A stretch of DNA of 63,833 nt, counting the filler, from Bacteroidales bacterium (GTDB lineage Bacteria; Bacteroidota; Bacteroidia; Bacteroidales; CAIWKO01): assembly GCA_035389045.1 (NCBI GenBank). It is 3 parts of 3 records of this genome, joined end to end, with 100 filler letters (N's around TTAATTAATTAA, not from the genome) between each part and the next. Parts side by side here need not be neighbours in the genome. Positions count along the whole stretch, not along the records: positions 1 to 30,086 come from DAOORA010000058.1; 2 more parts are not named here. One strand, written 5' to 3'. A model generated the notes under the pieces. It saw nothing but the letters and a program-made list of their open reading frames with translations, searched no databases and was not told where the DNA came from. Of this stretch, positions 10,501 through 20,195 are shown in pieces. The position numbers and the translations under genes are program-made. Each line of letters starts with the position of its first letter. Position 1 is the first letter of the stretch.

Positions 10501-11686
10501 CGCACTCCACTAAAGGATTATTAATATCATATTTCGGATTATCTGTTATGTCAGGATCCATATAAGGTCCCTGGAAAAAGTCAACACCAACGGCCGGAGG
10601 CTGTGCGCCATAATCCTGTGGACGTCCCGAACCATCAATATCATCACCGTTGTAACAGTACCCCAAACCTCTTAATACATCGCATCCGATATAATCATCC
10701 GTGGCATCGCCAAGATCGGTGTCTACCCACTGACTGAAGTAAGTTTCGGTGAGGCGGTAGGTTGAACGGTTAATGATTTCATAGGTATAAAAGGTCATGT
10801 TGTTGATTTCGTCGTTGGTCGAAAATCCAAATGCCTGGGCACGTATTTCCATACCTACAGCCTGTCCTTTTGTTTCGGTGTGGATGTTGCCTTTGTCATT
10901 AAAAACCCACCACAAGGTCATGTCGCCCTTTAACACCTGGTCGGCAAGAACTCCGACACCTTCCATGGGCTTGGGCGCAGTATAAGGAGTAACGCATGGA
11001 TTATATTTTATCGGACACAGGGTATTGTCAAAATCATAATATGGATAGTCGCCTTTGGTGTAGTCGTATTTTAAATCGCCGTCCACATCCATAAAAGGCG
11101 CGAGATAAAAACTCTGGGCACGGTCAGTGAATTCCGGGTGGGCAGGATAGGTCTTAATGGATTCAGGGACATCATAACCGGAAGGAATGGCGCCGTTTCC
11201 GCTTGCTACCGCTGCAATAAATCCTTCTACGTCGGAACGGGTAATGACAAAATGTTTATCATAAAAGTCACAGACTTCAGCATCTACAGATGCCGTACCG
11301 TCTTTTGACAACGGACCTGTCCAGAAATCATTGCCATTTCCCCTGTAACGCTGGGCAGCAAGTTTTAACTGGCCGTTAACATCCAGTCCGCCAATCCATA
11401 AGGCAGCGGAGAACATAGCTGTTTTCGTGGTGTTTGCCGGGATAAAATATTCAGGGCTGCCCTGCAGGTCCCACCACATATCGCCGCCGGTATTGATACG
11501 TGCTCTGACATTATTGACATCGAGGTCGGTAGAGGCTGAGGCCGGCAAACAGCCTTCGGCCAATGCTTTGGGTGTATTTTCACCTTTTTGGGACTTTAAA
11601 ATCGGCCATTTATCAGCATAGCCTCGGCCGGAAAATCCGATTATCAAAATTGCTGTAAATAACAAATAACCAAATATATTTTTCAT
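7598..11686 (-). CDS. Large secreted protein with T9SS type-A C-terminal domain
   Basis: Signal peptide from MKNIF (ATG 11686); Asp/Gly-rich putative Ca-binding loops; FN3-like segment (PDAPDL...FEGYQIFQ...YYYIAIAY); CTD VVPNPY...IYTVSG...WDL...GGLYLI. Confidence 0.8.
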   Translation of the reverse strand: MKNIFGYLLFTAILIIGFSGRGYADKWPILKSQKGENTPKALAEGCLPASASTDLDVNNVRARINTGGDMWWDLQGSPEYFIPANTTKTAMFSAALWIGGLDVNGQLKLAAQRYRGNGNDFWTGPLSKDGTASVDAEVCDFYDKHFVITRSDVEGFIAAVASGNGAIPSGYDVPESIKTYPAHPEFTDRAQSFYLAPFMDVDGDLKYDYTKGDYPYYDFDNTLCPIKYNPCVTPYTAPKPMEGVGVLADQVLKGDMTLWWVFNDKGNIHTETKGQAVGMEIRAQAFGFSTNDEINNMTFYTYEIINRSTYRLTETYFSQWVDTDLGDATDDYIGCDVLRGLGYCYNGDDIDGSGRPQDYGAQPPAVGVDFFQGPYMDPDITDNPKYDINNPLVECGVAINGVNFGNCIIDDERFGMRRFVYHNNLGGLDAMTDPDVAAEYYNFLRGIWKDGERMHYWGNGHPSAGGTGPACDFMFPGDTDPCNWGTAGVPVSHPPYWTEQQAQNLPYDRRFMQSAGPFTLEPGAVNYITVGIPWARASSGGAWASVELLRTVDDKCQALFDNCFKVLDGPDAPDLTIQELDRELILYLSNRKGVSNNYNDKPEDYIEVDNSIIVGDSAFRFEGYQIFQLADASVSITDLHDPDKARLVAQCDIKNDVSKIVNYNMSEALGGNVPVLEVDGANSGIVHSFRILEDKFASGDKRLVNHKQYYYIAIAYAYNNYKTYSQSNPLDYDGQKLPYKAGRKAAAGSNTAVSAMPHIPSPETGGTIQHAEYGVMPQITRLEGNGNGGFVLDFTTETTDRIMDGSPYFEENLTYDYNKGPLNIKVIDPLNVAPGNFTLKLIPSAKGNIDSSTWVLTNLTTGQTWNSESTIKIGYEQLIPELGLSINIAQVKFPGQNYSINNGFLEASIEYADSSKRWLTGVSDIDNYAYFNWIRSGSTDDPTDNANDDYGMDTTVDGLGQKNWLDPSEVYEKILGGTWAPYVLASDTTYGPAFRIRNSTDQRHYMWNTAMTALKNKRTYFFNKIASIDLVITPDRSKWSRSPVFEQCENSNVTLSEGNIRKLELRAGSTDGVQGMGWFPGYAINVETGERLNIAFGEDSWLQGENGRDMIWNPTSNYVSPLGEVLMGGRHWVYIFGHYGDSIHQDYGKMDVPAYDGGQFIWDNMKIASNHDKHKMHVFKDVMWVGCPMVEEKFRFTDPSNIPCEVKIRIRVSKPYQRYYSTSAVKLANPSNDNYPMYSFSTENISTTHNDALAAEGSLDLINVVPNPYFAFSGYETTQLDTRVRITNLPQKCSISIYTVSGSLVRQYSKDDIKSYVDWDLKNHAGIPIAGGLYLIYVKVDGVGEKVVKWFGSLRPIDLNAF

Positions 11687-11722
11687 AGTTGTGATTTTAT
11701 ATAATTCTGTCATTAATGTTTC

Positions 11723-14700
11723 TTAAAAAGCCAGAGAAAGCCCTATACGGATTCTTCTTGGTAAACTGTAATTATAAGGATTATTAACTTTTATTGAATA
11801 CTGGTCAATATAAGCCTGTGAGTCTGTTTGTGCGCTTATCTGTGCCGCAAAATCGGCTGAAGAAAGATAACCGTCATCATCGGGGTTTCCTGTAGCTCGG
11901 TATACAGCCATTATATTCTTGCTGTTCAGCACATTGAGCACTTCAAGATAAATATTCATAAAGAGAGGTCTGCCGCTTTTCTGTCCTTTCTTTCCGGTTT
12001 TAATCATGATATCCTTGTCCAGGCGGGCATCAATCCTGAATTGCCAGGGCATACGCGAGCCGTTAATCTGTCCTTCCAGTGAATAGGTTCCGGAACCTAT
12101 CAGAGTTCCCACCACTGTCCTGGAGCGGCTGTAAGGTATTCCAGATCCTCCGTTGATGGAAACATTCAATCCGGTGTTTTTCAGAAGCTGGGTTGTTTTT
12201 ACCTTATCGGTACCTTTTATTTTTCTTGTGATTTTCGGGCCGTTATATTCTTTGCCTTCGCTATAACGGTAATCAATAACTGCTGAAATCGAGTGGCGTC
12301 TGTCAAAATCAAGGGGTGTAATGGTTCTCAGGTTGGGCTGATCGGCACGCAGCAGATTTATACCGGATTCCGAATTTGATCCCGTACCGGAAGCAAACTG
12401 AAGGGTGTAAGATGCTTTGAGCCAGACGTTTCCGGTTCTTCTAAGGTCATACGTTGCTGTAAATCCCTGAACAGTACCGAAGTCAATATTATTATAGGAT
12501 ATGTAGGAAACAGGATAGGCGCCGGAATACCTGTACACCTGAATCATATTTCTTTGTTCACGGTAGTAAGCCGAAATTTTTATGGATGAAGAATTACTCA
12601 GTTTCTGCTGAAATCCCAATTCATAATCAATGGTTTTTTCTGATTTCAGGTTAGGATTGTTAATGGCATTTTGTCCCTGGGTATAAATAAAGAAATATTC
12701 GGTCGGATCCATGATGTTTCCGCTTGACGGACGCTGTGTCAGCACATCGTAGTGTGCAAAAAACAAAGCCTCGTCGGAAATCGGGAATGAGAACGATATA
12801 CGGGGCATGAAGTTCAACTGCGGGTCATAATCGGTAAATGCACTTGAGTTAACTTCTTTCTGATCGGGATCAACCAGGTAAGGAGCGATACCCGAGGCGC
12901 CTTCAATATCTTCGGGGTTACTGATTTCAGTACCCAGTGCGTTATACCAGGTGCTTCCGTTGCGATATCCCTTGATAGCGGTAGGATTTTTCACATTGTC
13001 CACATAAACAACATAATCATCACCCATGTTTTGAGGATGAGTTCCAAGGTCTGTTACTTCTTTAACTGTACGGGCTTCGTAAAGCAAATAAGGATCTTTC
13101 AGCACCTTTTGGTTGGCATCATAACGGTCAAGACGGACACCAACATTAAAGATCAGATCGTTGAAAGCAAATTTATCCTGAATATAACCGGCGATATAGA
13201 TGGGTTCAAAAGCTCCTATAGGACGCTGGTATCTTCCGTTTTCATCCAGTTTGGTGAAGAAATCATCAAAACTCGGTCTGCCTTTGGTTTTTTTGCCGGT
13301 ATGGTCATAACCCATGTAACTGACATATGAATTTCCGCCGTTTAAAAGTTCATCAGCGCTGAACATATCGATGGTAAAGGTTGAGGGCTCATAACTGTCC
13401 ACGTCGATCCAGTCTGTTCCGTTTGTTGCCAGTCCGAGTTTTTCGCGTAAATTATAATCTACCAGGGCCTGTTCGCTTTCTGAAAACAGACGGTCATAAT
13501 ATATGGTATCCTGAAACACTCCGTAAGCATCGTAAACTAAATGCGGATGGTCGAGATCGAGCTGTATAATATGTTTGTTGACCTGCTGACGAATGGCCTG
13601 CCATAAACCGACCGGGGAATAACCGATGGAGCGGTCGTTGCGCTGTTCATAATAAAAGCCAAGTTGTAATGCGTGATTGCCAATATCGGCCGACGCATTG
13701 GCAGTGATCCCGTACTGGGTTGTTTCGTAATGATAATACTGATTATAAGGAATACCAACATTGGTCCATAATCCGTAAACATCATCGCGTCCCAGGAAGA
13801 CACCATTGATAAGCCCGCCGCCTAGCTGAATCTGATCGAGGTTTCTGTAATGAAAATCGGGATCACCGGCATATAAATCATAATAATTTTTGGTGTAATT
13901 AGAGAGGATCGGGTTAATATCGGTCTGTTCATAGGTCACCAGTGTATCAGCGAATCCGTTATGTATGTATCCTTCCATACCGGAAATTGCATCCTGTCCC
14001 CATTCATATGATTTAGTGGTATAGGTTTTCATTTTACCCACATAGCCATATTTAAACAGATCGTCTTTGAATTCGGGGTCCTGAATGGTGCGGGTGGTTT
14101 TTGAATAATCGCCCTGTATTGAATAATACACATTTTTAATGGTAGATTTGCTGCTGTTATCTGAATTGAAACGCTGTGTAAAACGTCCGTAAACACGCCA
14201 GGAGTTGTATAGGTCTTCAGGGTTTTTCTTCCAGTTTAACAGTGAGTAGTTACGGACATAGGATTTGCCCCAGTTGTATTGCCAGGTTCCGCCAAAGGTA
14301 AGGTTTGTTGTTTTAGATGTCCGTACATCAATTTTTCCGGAAAGATTAAGGTCGTTATTGGCCGAATTTAATTTGTAGGGAATGTTTTCCAGGTCGGCAT
14401 TACGCAAAAATTCTGCTGCGGTATAGGTTCCCTGTCCTAATCCCGAAATAACCAGGGGGTGCTGTTCAAGTTCTTCAACAACATTGTCAAGAGCTTTCCA
14501 GTTACCTGTTTCGAAAGGACGGGGGTCTTTTTGATAGGTATATTCAGCAGCAATAAAATAGCCTAATAGCGCTGTGTTTTGTGTCGAGTCGCGGCCTTTG
14601 ATCAGAGGCCCCTGCATATTCAGAGCAAGCATATTATAGCCGAAACGGTCGAGAAATTGAGAGGTGGTGCCTTCGAACCCGACACCAAATTCCCTCGAGG

Positions 14701-15376
14701 CGCCCTTTGTCGAGATGGACAGGATACCACCGGTAGCATCGCCGTATTGTGCCGGAGTCCCGCCGGTAATAACCGTAACCTGTTCAATGGCGGCTTTGGG
14801 TACTGAAGATGACCCGCGCACCTTTACGCCGTCGACATAGGTGATGGTGCCGTCGCTACGGGCGCCCCTGATGCTTCCCATATTTCCATCCTGTGAGAAT
14901 ACCCCGCCAACCTGGATAGCTACAGATTCTGCAGAACGTCCGGGCATTTTTGATATTTCTTCCGAAGTCATGGTTCCTCCCGAGGAGGTCTGGTCTTTGC
15001 TGATCAAAGGAACTTTATAATCAACCACTTCAAAAGTTTCAATATTGATGGCGGTGGATTCCATCTGTATATCCTGAAACGTGATCTGATTGGCCACAAT
15101 GACCAGATTGGCAATCATAATAGGCTTATATCCGACGTAGGTGGCTTTTACATCGTATTTTCCGGGTGGAATAGGCTTTATCGTGTAGTTGCCATCAAAA
15201 TCAGATGTGGTACCACCGGATTGTTTTCCGCCCTGTTCAATGATGATATTGGCAAATGGGATCGGTTCGTTAGTCGATTTATCGGTGATCTTTCCCTTCA
15301 ACGTCCCCGATTGTGAAAATGCCAACATGTTTGCTGAAATTAAAACAGCTGCTGTAAAAAGTAACTTTCGAAGCAT
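11723..15376 (-). CDS. TonB-dependent receptor with N-terminal carboxypeptidase-regulatory-like domain
   Basis: 1217 aa; GTLKGKITD...GYK N-domain, plug (IRGAR...YVDG...VITGGTPAQYG), NPNLKSEKTIDYELG, C-terminal Phe. Confidence 0.88.
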   Translation of the reverse strand: MLRKLLFTAAVLISANMLAFSQSGTLKGKITDKSTNEPIPFANIIIEQGGKQSGGTTSDFDGNYTIKPIPPGKYDVKATYVGYKPIMIANLVIVANQITFQDIQMESTAINIETFEVVDYKVPLISKDQTSSGGTMTSEEISKMPGRSAESVAIQVGGVFSQDGNMGSIRGARSDGTITYVDGVKVRGSSSVPKAAIEQVTVITGGTPAQYGDATGGILSISTKGASREFGVGFEGTTSQFLDRFGYNMLALNMQGPLIKGRDSTQNTALLGYFIAAEYTYQKDPRPFETGNWKALDNVVEELEQHPLVISGLGQGTYTAAEFLRNADLENIPYKLNSANNDLNLSGKIDVRTSKTTNLTFGGTWQYNWGKSYVRNYSLLNWKKNPEDLYNSWRVYGRFTQRFNSDNSSKSTIKNVYYSIQGDYSKTTRTIQDPEFKDDLFKYGYVGKMKTYTTKSYEWGQDAISGMEGYIHNGFADTLVTYEQTDINPILSNYTKNYYDLYAGDPDFHYRNLDQIQLGGGLINGVFLGRDDVYGLWTNVGIPYNQYYHYETTQYGITANASADIGNHALQLGFYYEQRNDRSIGYSPVGLWQAIRQQVNKHIIQLDLDHPHLVYDAYGVFQDTIYYDRLFSESEQALVDYNLREKLGLATNGTDWIDVDSYEPSTFTIDMFSADELLNGGNSYVSYMGYDHTGKKTKGRPSFDDFFTKLDENGRYQRPIGAFEPIYIAGYIQDKFAFNDLIFNVGVRLDRYDANQKVLKDPYLLYEARTVKEVTDLGTHPQNMGDDYVVYVDNVKNPTAIKGYRNGSTWYNALGTEISNPEDIEGASGIAPYLVDPDQKEVNSSAFTDYDPQLNFMPRISFSFPISDEALFFAHYDVLTQRPSSGNIMDPTEYFFIYTQGQNAINNPNLKSEKTIDYELGFQQKLSNSSSIKISAYYREQRNMIQVYRYSGAYPVSYISYNNIDFGTVQGFTATYDLRRTGNVWLKASYTLQFASGTGSNSESGINLLRADQPNLRTITPLDFDRRHSISAVIDYRYSEGKEYNGPKITRKIKGTDKVKTTQLLKNTGLNVSINGGSGIPYSRSRTVVGTLIGSGTYSLEGQINGSRMPWQFRIDARLDKDIMIKTGKKGQKSGRPLFMNIYLEVLNVLNSKNIMAVYRATGNPDDDGYLSSADFAAQISAQTDSQAYIDQYSIKVNNPYNYSLPRRIRIGLSLAF

Positions 15377-15639
15377 ATTTTAAAGTTTATGTTATTTTTA
15401 TTTTTAAAAAAAATGGTTTTAAAAAGGTCGGTAAAGATATAAATATTCGATTAAACTACGCAAATATTTTTTTGGCTGTATGTGTTTTTTTACAAGAAAA
15501 TAAATATAATAAAAGGTATATTTTTTCATGAATTGGTTTTTTTCCGGGGCGGACAACTTGCCTTATTTGCCGGTTAATATTAATGTTGCCCGGTATCAGG
15601 CAAAGTTAGCAAATGAAAAAAAAAATTCTATTATCAATA

Positions 15640-15690
15640 AGTTAACGGTGCGAAAAAAAAAGTTAACGGTATGAAAAAAAAGTAAACGGA
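15640..15690. promoter_or_regulatory. Triple direct repeat, candidate LytTR binding site
   Basis: AGTTAACGGT (15640), AGTTAACGGT (15661), AGTAAACGGA (15681), with 21/20-bp spacing and A-tract spacers. Confidence 0.55.
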
Positions 15691-15703
15691 AAATGGCATT
15701 ACA

Positions 15704-16450
15704 TTATAAATTTTGAATCGTATGTATTACTTTTTCCTTTTTTCTTCGTGAAACCGGCACTTTTGATCCATCCGATAATTGAATATAGCCCCCGTCGTTC
15801 TTTAAAAACCCTTTTATGTATTTGATATTCACCAGGTGGGATTTGTGCGGCCTGAGAAAATCAAGCTCTCCGAGTAACTGTTCCGTTTCTTTAAGCGTTT
15901 TGGAGATCAGCAGGGTTTTTCCGTCGCTGAAAAAAAACCGTGTATAATAATCGTCAGACTCACAGCGTATTATGTTATCGGTTTCAACTACATGAATTTT
16001 TTCGGAAGTGGAAAGGATGATTTTTTTGGATGTTGTCTTGGTTTTCAGATTCTCAAGGAGCACCTTTATATTGCTGCTCATTTCGGAGGCATTTCTTTTA
16101 TGTTCAGCTTTTTGCAGGGCATTCACGAGGTCAGAGGGTATGATTGGTTTGAGAAGATAATCCAGCGCACTGTATTTGATGGCTTTGATGGCGTATTGAT
16201 CATAGGCTGTGGTAAAGATCACTTCAAAATCAACCTCCTTAACATCTTCCAGCACCTGGAACCCGCTTCCGTCGGGCATCTGAATATCCAAAAATACGAT
16301 GTCGGGTTTGTACTCATGGATGGCTTTGATACCGGATTTATAACCATCGGCCTGGGCCACAACGGTGATGTTATCGCAGTAGCGTTTGATAAGTCCTGAT
16401 AATGCGTCGCAGGAGGTTTTTTCATCATCAATTATTATTGCTCTGAGCAT
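15704..16450 (-). CDS. LytTR-family response regulator
   Basis: REC domain (IIDDE, FLDIQMP, YLLKP) plus LytTR domain (FLRPHKSHLVN, PVSRRK). Confidence 0.93.
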   Translation of the reverse strand: MLRAIIIDDEKTSCDALSGLIKRYCDNITVVAQADGYKSGIKAIHEYKPDIVFLDIQMPDGSGFQVLEDVKEVDFEVIFTTAYDQYAIKAIKYSALDYLLKPIIPSDLVNALQKAEHKRNASEMSSNIKVLLENLKTKTTSKKIILSTSEKIHVVETDNIIRCESDDYYTRFFFSDGKTLLISKTLKETEQLLGELDFLRPHKSHLVNIKYIKGFLKNDGGYIQLSDGSKVPVSRRKKEKVIHTIQNL

Positions 16451-16481
16451 AGATTTAAATTTTTACAAACATACATAAAAA

Positions 16482-19400
16482 TTAAACTTCCTTGTAAATG
16501 ATCAATATCTCGACCCGGGTTCCGAGGGAGTTGTTTTGTCCGTCTTTAAGGTCGGTTATTTTTACATTGGCTTCATCCTTACTGCTTTTATTTAATATTT
16601 CCAGCCTTTTCTGGGTAATTGCCATGCCTTTTGATTTATGTTTAAGTCCTGAACGCTGCCGTATCTCTGCTGATTTTTCACGGCCTATGCCATCGTCTTC
16701 GACGATACAACTGATGTATTCTTTGTCCTTCAGTTTCAGTTGTATTTTTAGTGTTCCTGTTCCTTCTTTATTCAGCAATCCGTGGAGTATGGCATTTTCG
16801 ATGTAGGGCTGAATGATCATGGGAGGAATTTCGATAAATTCTTCATCAATGTCCGGATCGATTTCAAAGCTGTAATTGAATTTATTATCAAAACGTAAAC
16901 GTTCAACATCAAGGTAAATTTCCATGGCTTTAATTTCATCGCTCAGATTTACGAATGGTTTTTGAGAATGTGTCAGGATGAATCTCATTAAATTGGAAAA
17001 CTTGGCAAGGTAATTTATGGCCTTGTCGGTATTGCCGGCAATCACAACGCTCTGTATCGAATTCAGTGAGTTGAAAATGAAATGCGGGTTCATTTGCAGC
17101 CGGAGTGAGGTCTGTTCAAGGCTGAACATCTGTTTTTCTATTTCCAGTATCCTTTTTTCATCTTCGTTGCGTATGCGGATATTCCTGAGTCTGAGAAAAA
17201 TGATATACCATGCGATAAAAGCGATCAGAAGTACCGATCCTACGCGAAACCACCAGGTGCGCCACCATGGTGGCCTGATGACGATGGTGAACGAAATGCC
17301 TTTTTCGTTCCACAGGCCATCGCTGTTGGAGCCTTTCAGTTTGAACAGATAAGTACCCGGTGGAACACGTGTATAACTTGCATACCGGCGGGAAGCATCA
17401 CAGTAATTCCATTTGTTGTCGAAGTTATTAAGAAAGTAGGCATATCTGTTTTTAGGAGGATTGGAATAGTCAATTGCTGCAAATTCAAATGAAAAGAAAT
17501 TGTCATCGTAGGAGAGCTGTATCGTATCATTATCCATGATTTCGCGTGATTGCAGCTTGTCGAAAATATAGAAACCAGTAATAACTAAAGGCGGTATATA
17601 GGTATTTGTCAGGATATTTTCAGGATAAAAAGAATTAAATCCGTTCATGCCTCCAAAAAACATTTCGCCCGTTTTTTTATTATGAAAAGCCGCATTCAGG
17701 TTGAATTCGTTGCTTTGAATACCATCTTTGGCATCGTAACTGACAAATGTTTCGTTGTTTTTGTTAAATTTGGTAAGTCCGTAATTTGTTGATATCCAAA
17801 GATTATTATTATTGTCTTCAAGGATGTTATACGTGACATTATTGGGTAGCCCGTTTTCCTCCAGGTAATATTTAATGTCACCTGTGGCTCTGTTAAACCG
17901 GTTTAGTCCGCCTCCGCAGGTTGCAAGCCAGAATATCCCCTGCAGGTCTTCATAAATCGAAAAGATACGGTCGGAGCTCAGGGAGTTAAAGGCTTTGGGG
18001 TTTTTCCGGAATACGGTAAAAGAATCATTAACCGGATTGAACCTGTTTAATCCGCCCAGGGTGCAAAGCCACAAAACACCGTTTTTATCTTCATAAATAC
18101 CATAAATGGTATTGTTTGAGAGCGAATTTTTATTTTCAGGTTTGTTAAAATATCGTTTAAAAGTCTGATTTTCACGGTTGAAACGGTTGAGGCCGTTATC
18201 AGTAGCCACCCACATCAACCCCCTGCTGTCTTCCATAATAAAATTGATACGGTTGTTGCTGAGGCTGTAAGGATTTTTGGGATCATGGGCATAGGTCTTG
18301 AAATATTTTGTTTCCGGATTATATGAACAAATTCCGGCATCGTAAGTTCCAAACCAGAAGATACCGTTCTTGTCCGGAAAAATCTGGCGGACCAGGTTGC
18401 TTGGAAGCGAATTGGAATTTGAAGGGTTGTGTATGATAAAACTGTATTTGTCAGATTTGCGGTCATAGATATTGATGCCGTTATCGGTAGCTATCCAGAT
18501 TTTTTCTGTTTCGTCCTGGCATATCGCCCACACATTGTTGTCATTTAGGCTGTTTTCGTTGTCGGTCAGGTGTTGTATATGGTTAAAACGGTTAGAATAC
18601 TTATCAATTTTACTGACACCTTTCCATGCTGTCGCCACCCAGATAATACCGGACCGGTCCTGAAAAATTTTGTTGATGTAATCGTTGCTCAGGCTTTTAT
18701 TGTCGTATATATCATTTTTGTAACAGACAAAACTTTTGTTTTTTTCGTCAAACCGGTTCAGCCCGCCTCCATAGGTTCCCACCCAGATGGCACCATCATT
18801 ATCCTGGAGTACGGTTCTGACATTGTTGTTGCTCAATGAATTCTTTTGTAAGTCGTTATGAAAGAATTTATTGATTATTTTTTTCTGAACCGGGTTATAG
18901 ATGTCGATGCCGCCATCAGAACATATCCATAAATTCCCGTGCTTGTCAATCATTAAATCCCTGATAACATCATTCAATAATGAGTTGTAGTTGCCCGGAG
19001 TACTATACCAGTGAGTAAAGATTTTATTTTTTATATCAAAGTAGTTTAATCCTTTATTGGTCCCCAGCCAGATATTTTTATCCTTATCAATGAGTATACA
19101 GTTGATATTATTGTTGCTGGGACTGTTTGCATTATTCGGATTAAGCCTGAAATGATAAAAAATGCCTGAAGTCCTATCAAATTTATTTAATCCGTTGCTG
19201 GTGCCAACCCATAAAACATTGTCTTCACTTTCTGCGATGCACAGTACTGTGTCGCTACTGATACTGAAAGGATTTTTGCTGCTGTTTATATAATGGATAA
19301 ATTTATGGGTTTTGAAATCATAGCTGTTCAGGCCTTTTTCAGTTCCAATCCATAATGTTCCGCGGCTGTCAGTGAATAATGAATAAATTGTCTGACTGCT

Positions 19401-19673
19401 AAGTTCATCAGGGTCATCTGTTATGGATGTTTTGAAGGTTAAAAACCTATATCCGTCATATCGGTTCAGCCCATCCCATGTTCCAACCCAAATATATCCC
19501 CTCATATCCTGGGTGATGCAAAAGGCCGAATTTTGTGAAAGTCCCTTGGTCACTATGTAGTTTTCGGAAGAAATCCTGTCGAAATTTAATCCGGGAACGT
19601 CCTGGCCAAGTAATAAATTATTAAAAACCAGACATAAGAAAAAAATCCCCCCAATTAAGAATGGCTTAAACAA
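16482..19673 (-). CDS. LytS-type sensor histidine kinase with periplasmic beta-propeller and Y_Y_Y domain
   Basis: Many W.GT..GL Reg_prop repeats, YTRVPPGTY, a TM helix, QMNPHFIFNSLN H-box, ENAILHG, DDGIG. Start uncertain: TTG at 19673 chosen, ORF is open to 19793. Confidence 0.88.
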   Translation of the reverse strand: MFKPFLIGGIFFLCLVFNNLLLGQDVPGLNFDRISSENYIVTKGLSQNSAFCITQDMRGYIWVGTWDGLNRYDGYRFLTFKTSITDDPDELSSQTIYSLFTDSRGTLWIGTEKGLNSYDFKTHKFIHYINSSKNPFSISSDTVLCIAESEDNVLWVGTSNGLNKFDRTSGIFYHFRLNPNNANSPSNNNINCILIDKDKNIWLGTNKGLNYFDIKNKIFTHWYSTPGNYNSLLNDVIRDLMIDKHGNLWICSDGGIDIYNPVQKKIINKFFHNDLQKNSLSNNNVRTVLQDNDGAIWVGTYGGGLNRFDEKNKSFVCYKNDIYDNKSLSNDYINKIFQDRSGIIWVATAWKGVSKIDKYSNRFNHIQHLTDNENSLNDNNVWAICQDETEKIWIATDNGINIYDRKSDKYSFIIHNPSNSNSLPSNLVRQIFPDKNGIFWFGTYDAGICSYNPETKYFKTYAHDPKNPYSLSNNRINFIMEDSRGLMWVATDNGLNRFNRENQTFKRYFNKPENKNSLSNNTIYGIYEDKNGVLWLCTLGGLNRFNPVNDSFTVFRKNPKAFNSLSSDRIFSIYEDLQGIFWLATCGGGLNRFNRATGDIKYYLEENGLPNNVTYNILEDNNNNLWISTNYGLTKFNKNNETFVSYDAKDGIQSNEFNLNAAFHNKKTGEMFFGGMNGFNSFYPENILTNTYIPPLVITGFYIFDKLQSREIMDNDTIQLSYDDNFFSFEFAAIDYSNPPKNRYAYFLNNFDNKWNYCDASRRYASYTRVPPGTYLFKLKGSNSDGLWNEKGISFTIVIRPPWWRTWWFRVGSVLLIAFIAWYIIFLRLRNIRIRNEDEKRILEIEKQMFSLEQTSLRLQMNPHFIFNSLNSIQSVVIAGNTDKAINYLAKFSNLMRFILTHSQKPFVNLSDEIKAMEIYLDVERLRFDNKFNYSFEIDPDIDEEFIEIPPMIIQPYIENAILHGLLNKEGTGTLKIQLKLKDKEYISCIVEDDGIGREKSAEIRQRSGLKHKSKGMAITQKRLEILNKSSKDEANVKITDLKDGQNNSLGTRVEILIIYKEV

Positions 19674-19710
19674 AATAGTTTCTTTTTTTGGGTGGTTTAT
19701 AACAACCAGC

Positions 19711-20046
19711 TTACTTTTCAATTCTGTGAGGTTTGGTTTTTCTCTGTTTGGGCGCAAATAACCGTTTGAAAAAACCTTCTTTTTTATGGTCACGGTTTAA
19801 CTGCGATTTCCTTGCGGTCTGCTTCATCATTTGCTGGGTGTTATCATCCTGTATGGCATAATGACGATCCAGCGCTTCCTTGTATGCCTTTTCAGCTTCC
19901 CTGTCGCGTTGTTTTTTCTCTTTTTCAAACTGCCTGCGCCTTTGGGCCTCCTGTCTTTTACTTTGCTGAAATTTACTGCAGCTTTCTAAGGATACCGAAA
20001 ATGAAAGAGACAGTAAAATTAAAATAATAATTCTGAAAATTCTCAT
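19711..20046 (-). CDS. Small basic putative lipoprotein
   Basis: MRIFRIIILILL...LESC lipobox-like signal followed by a K/R/Q-rich helical region. Confidence 0.6.
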   Translation of the reverse strand: MRIFRIIILILLSLSFSVSLESCSKFQQSKRQEAQRRRQFEKEKKQRDREAEKAYKEALDRHYAIQDDNTQQMMKQTARKSQLNRDHKKEGFFKRLFAPKQRKTKPHRIEK

Positions 20047-20195
20047 CTTTGTTGTTGGTAGATTGGTTATTTTTGTAAAACATTTTAGGTGCAATAAAAA
20101 TATTAAGTTTTATAATGCCACAAGGGCAGAAAGAAATTAAATACTCACCAAATTATCCACATACTGATAACGTTTTTAGTGCTAATATTGTTATA

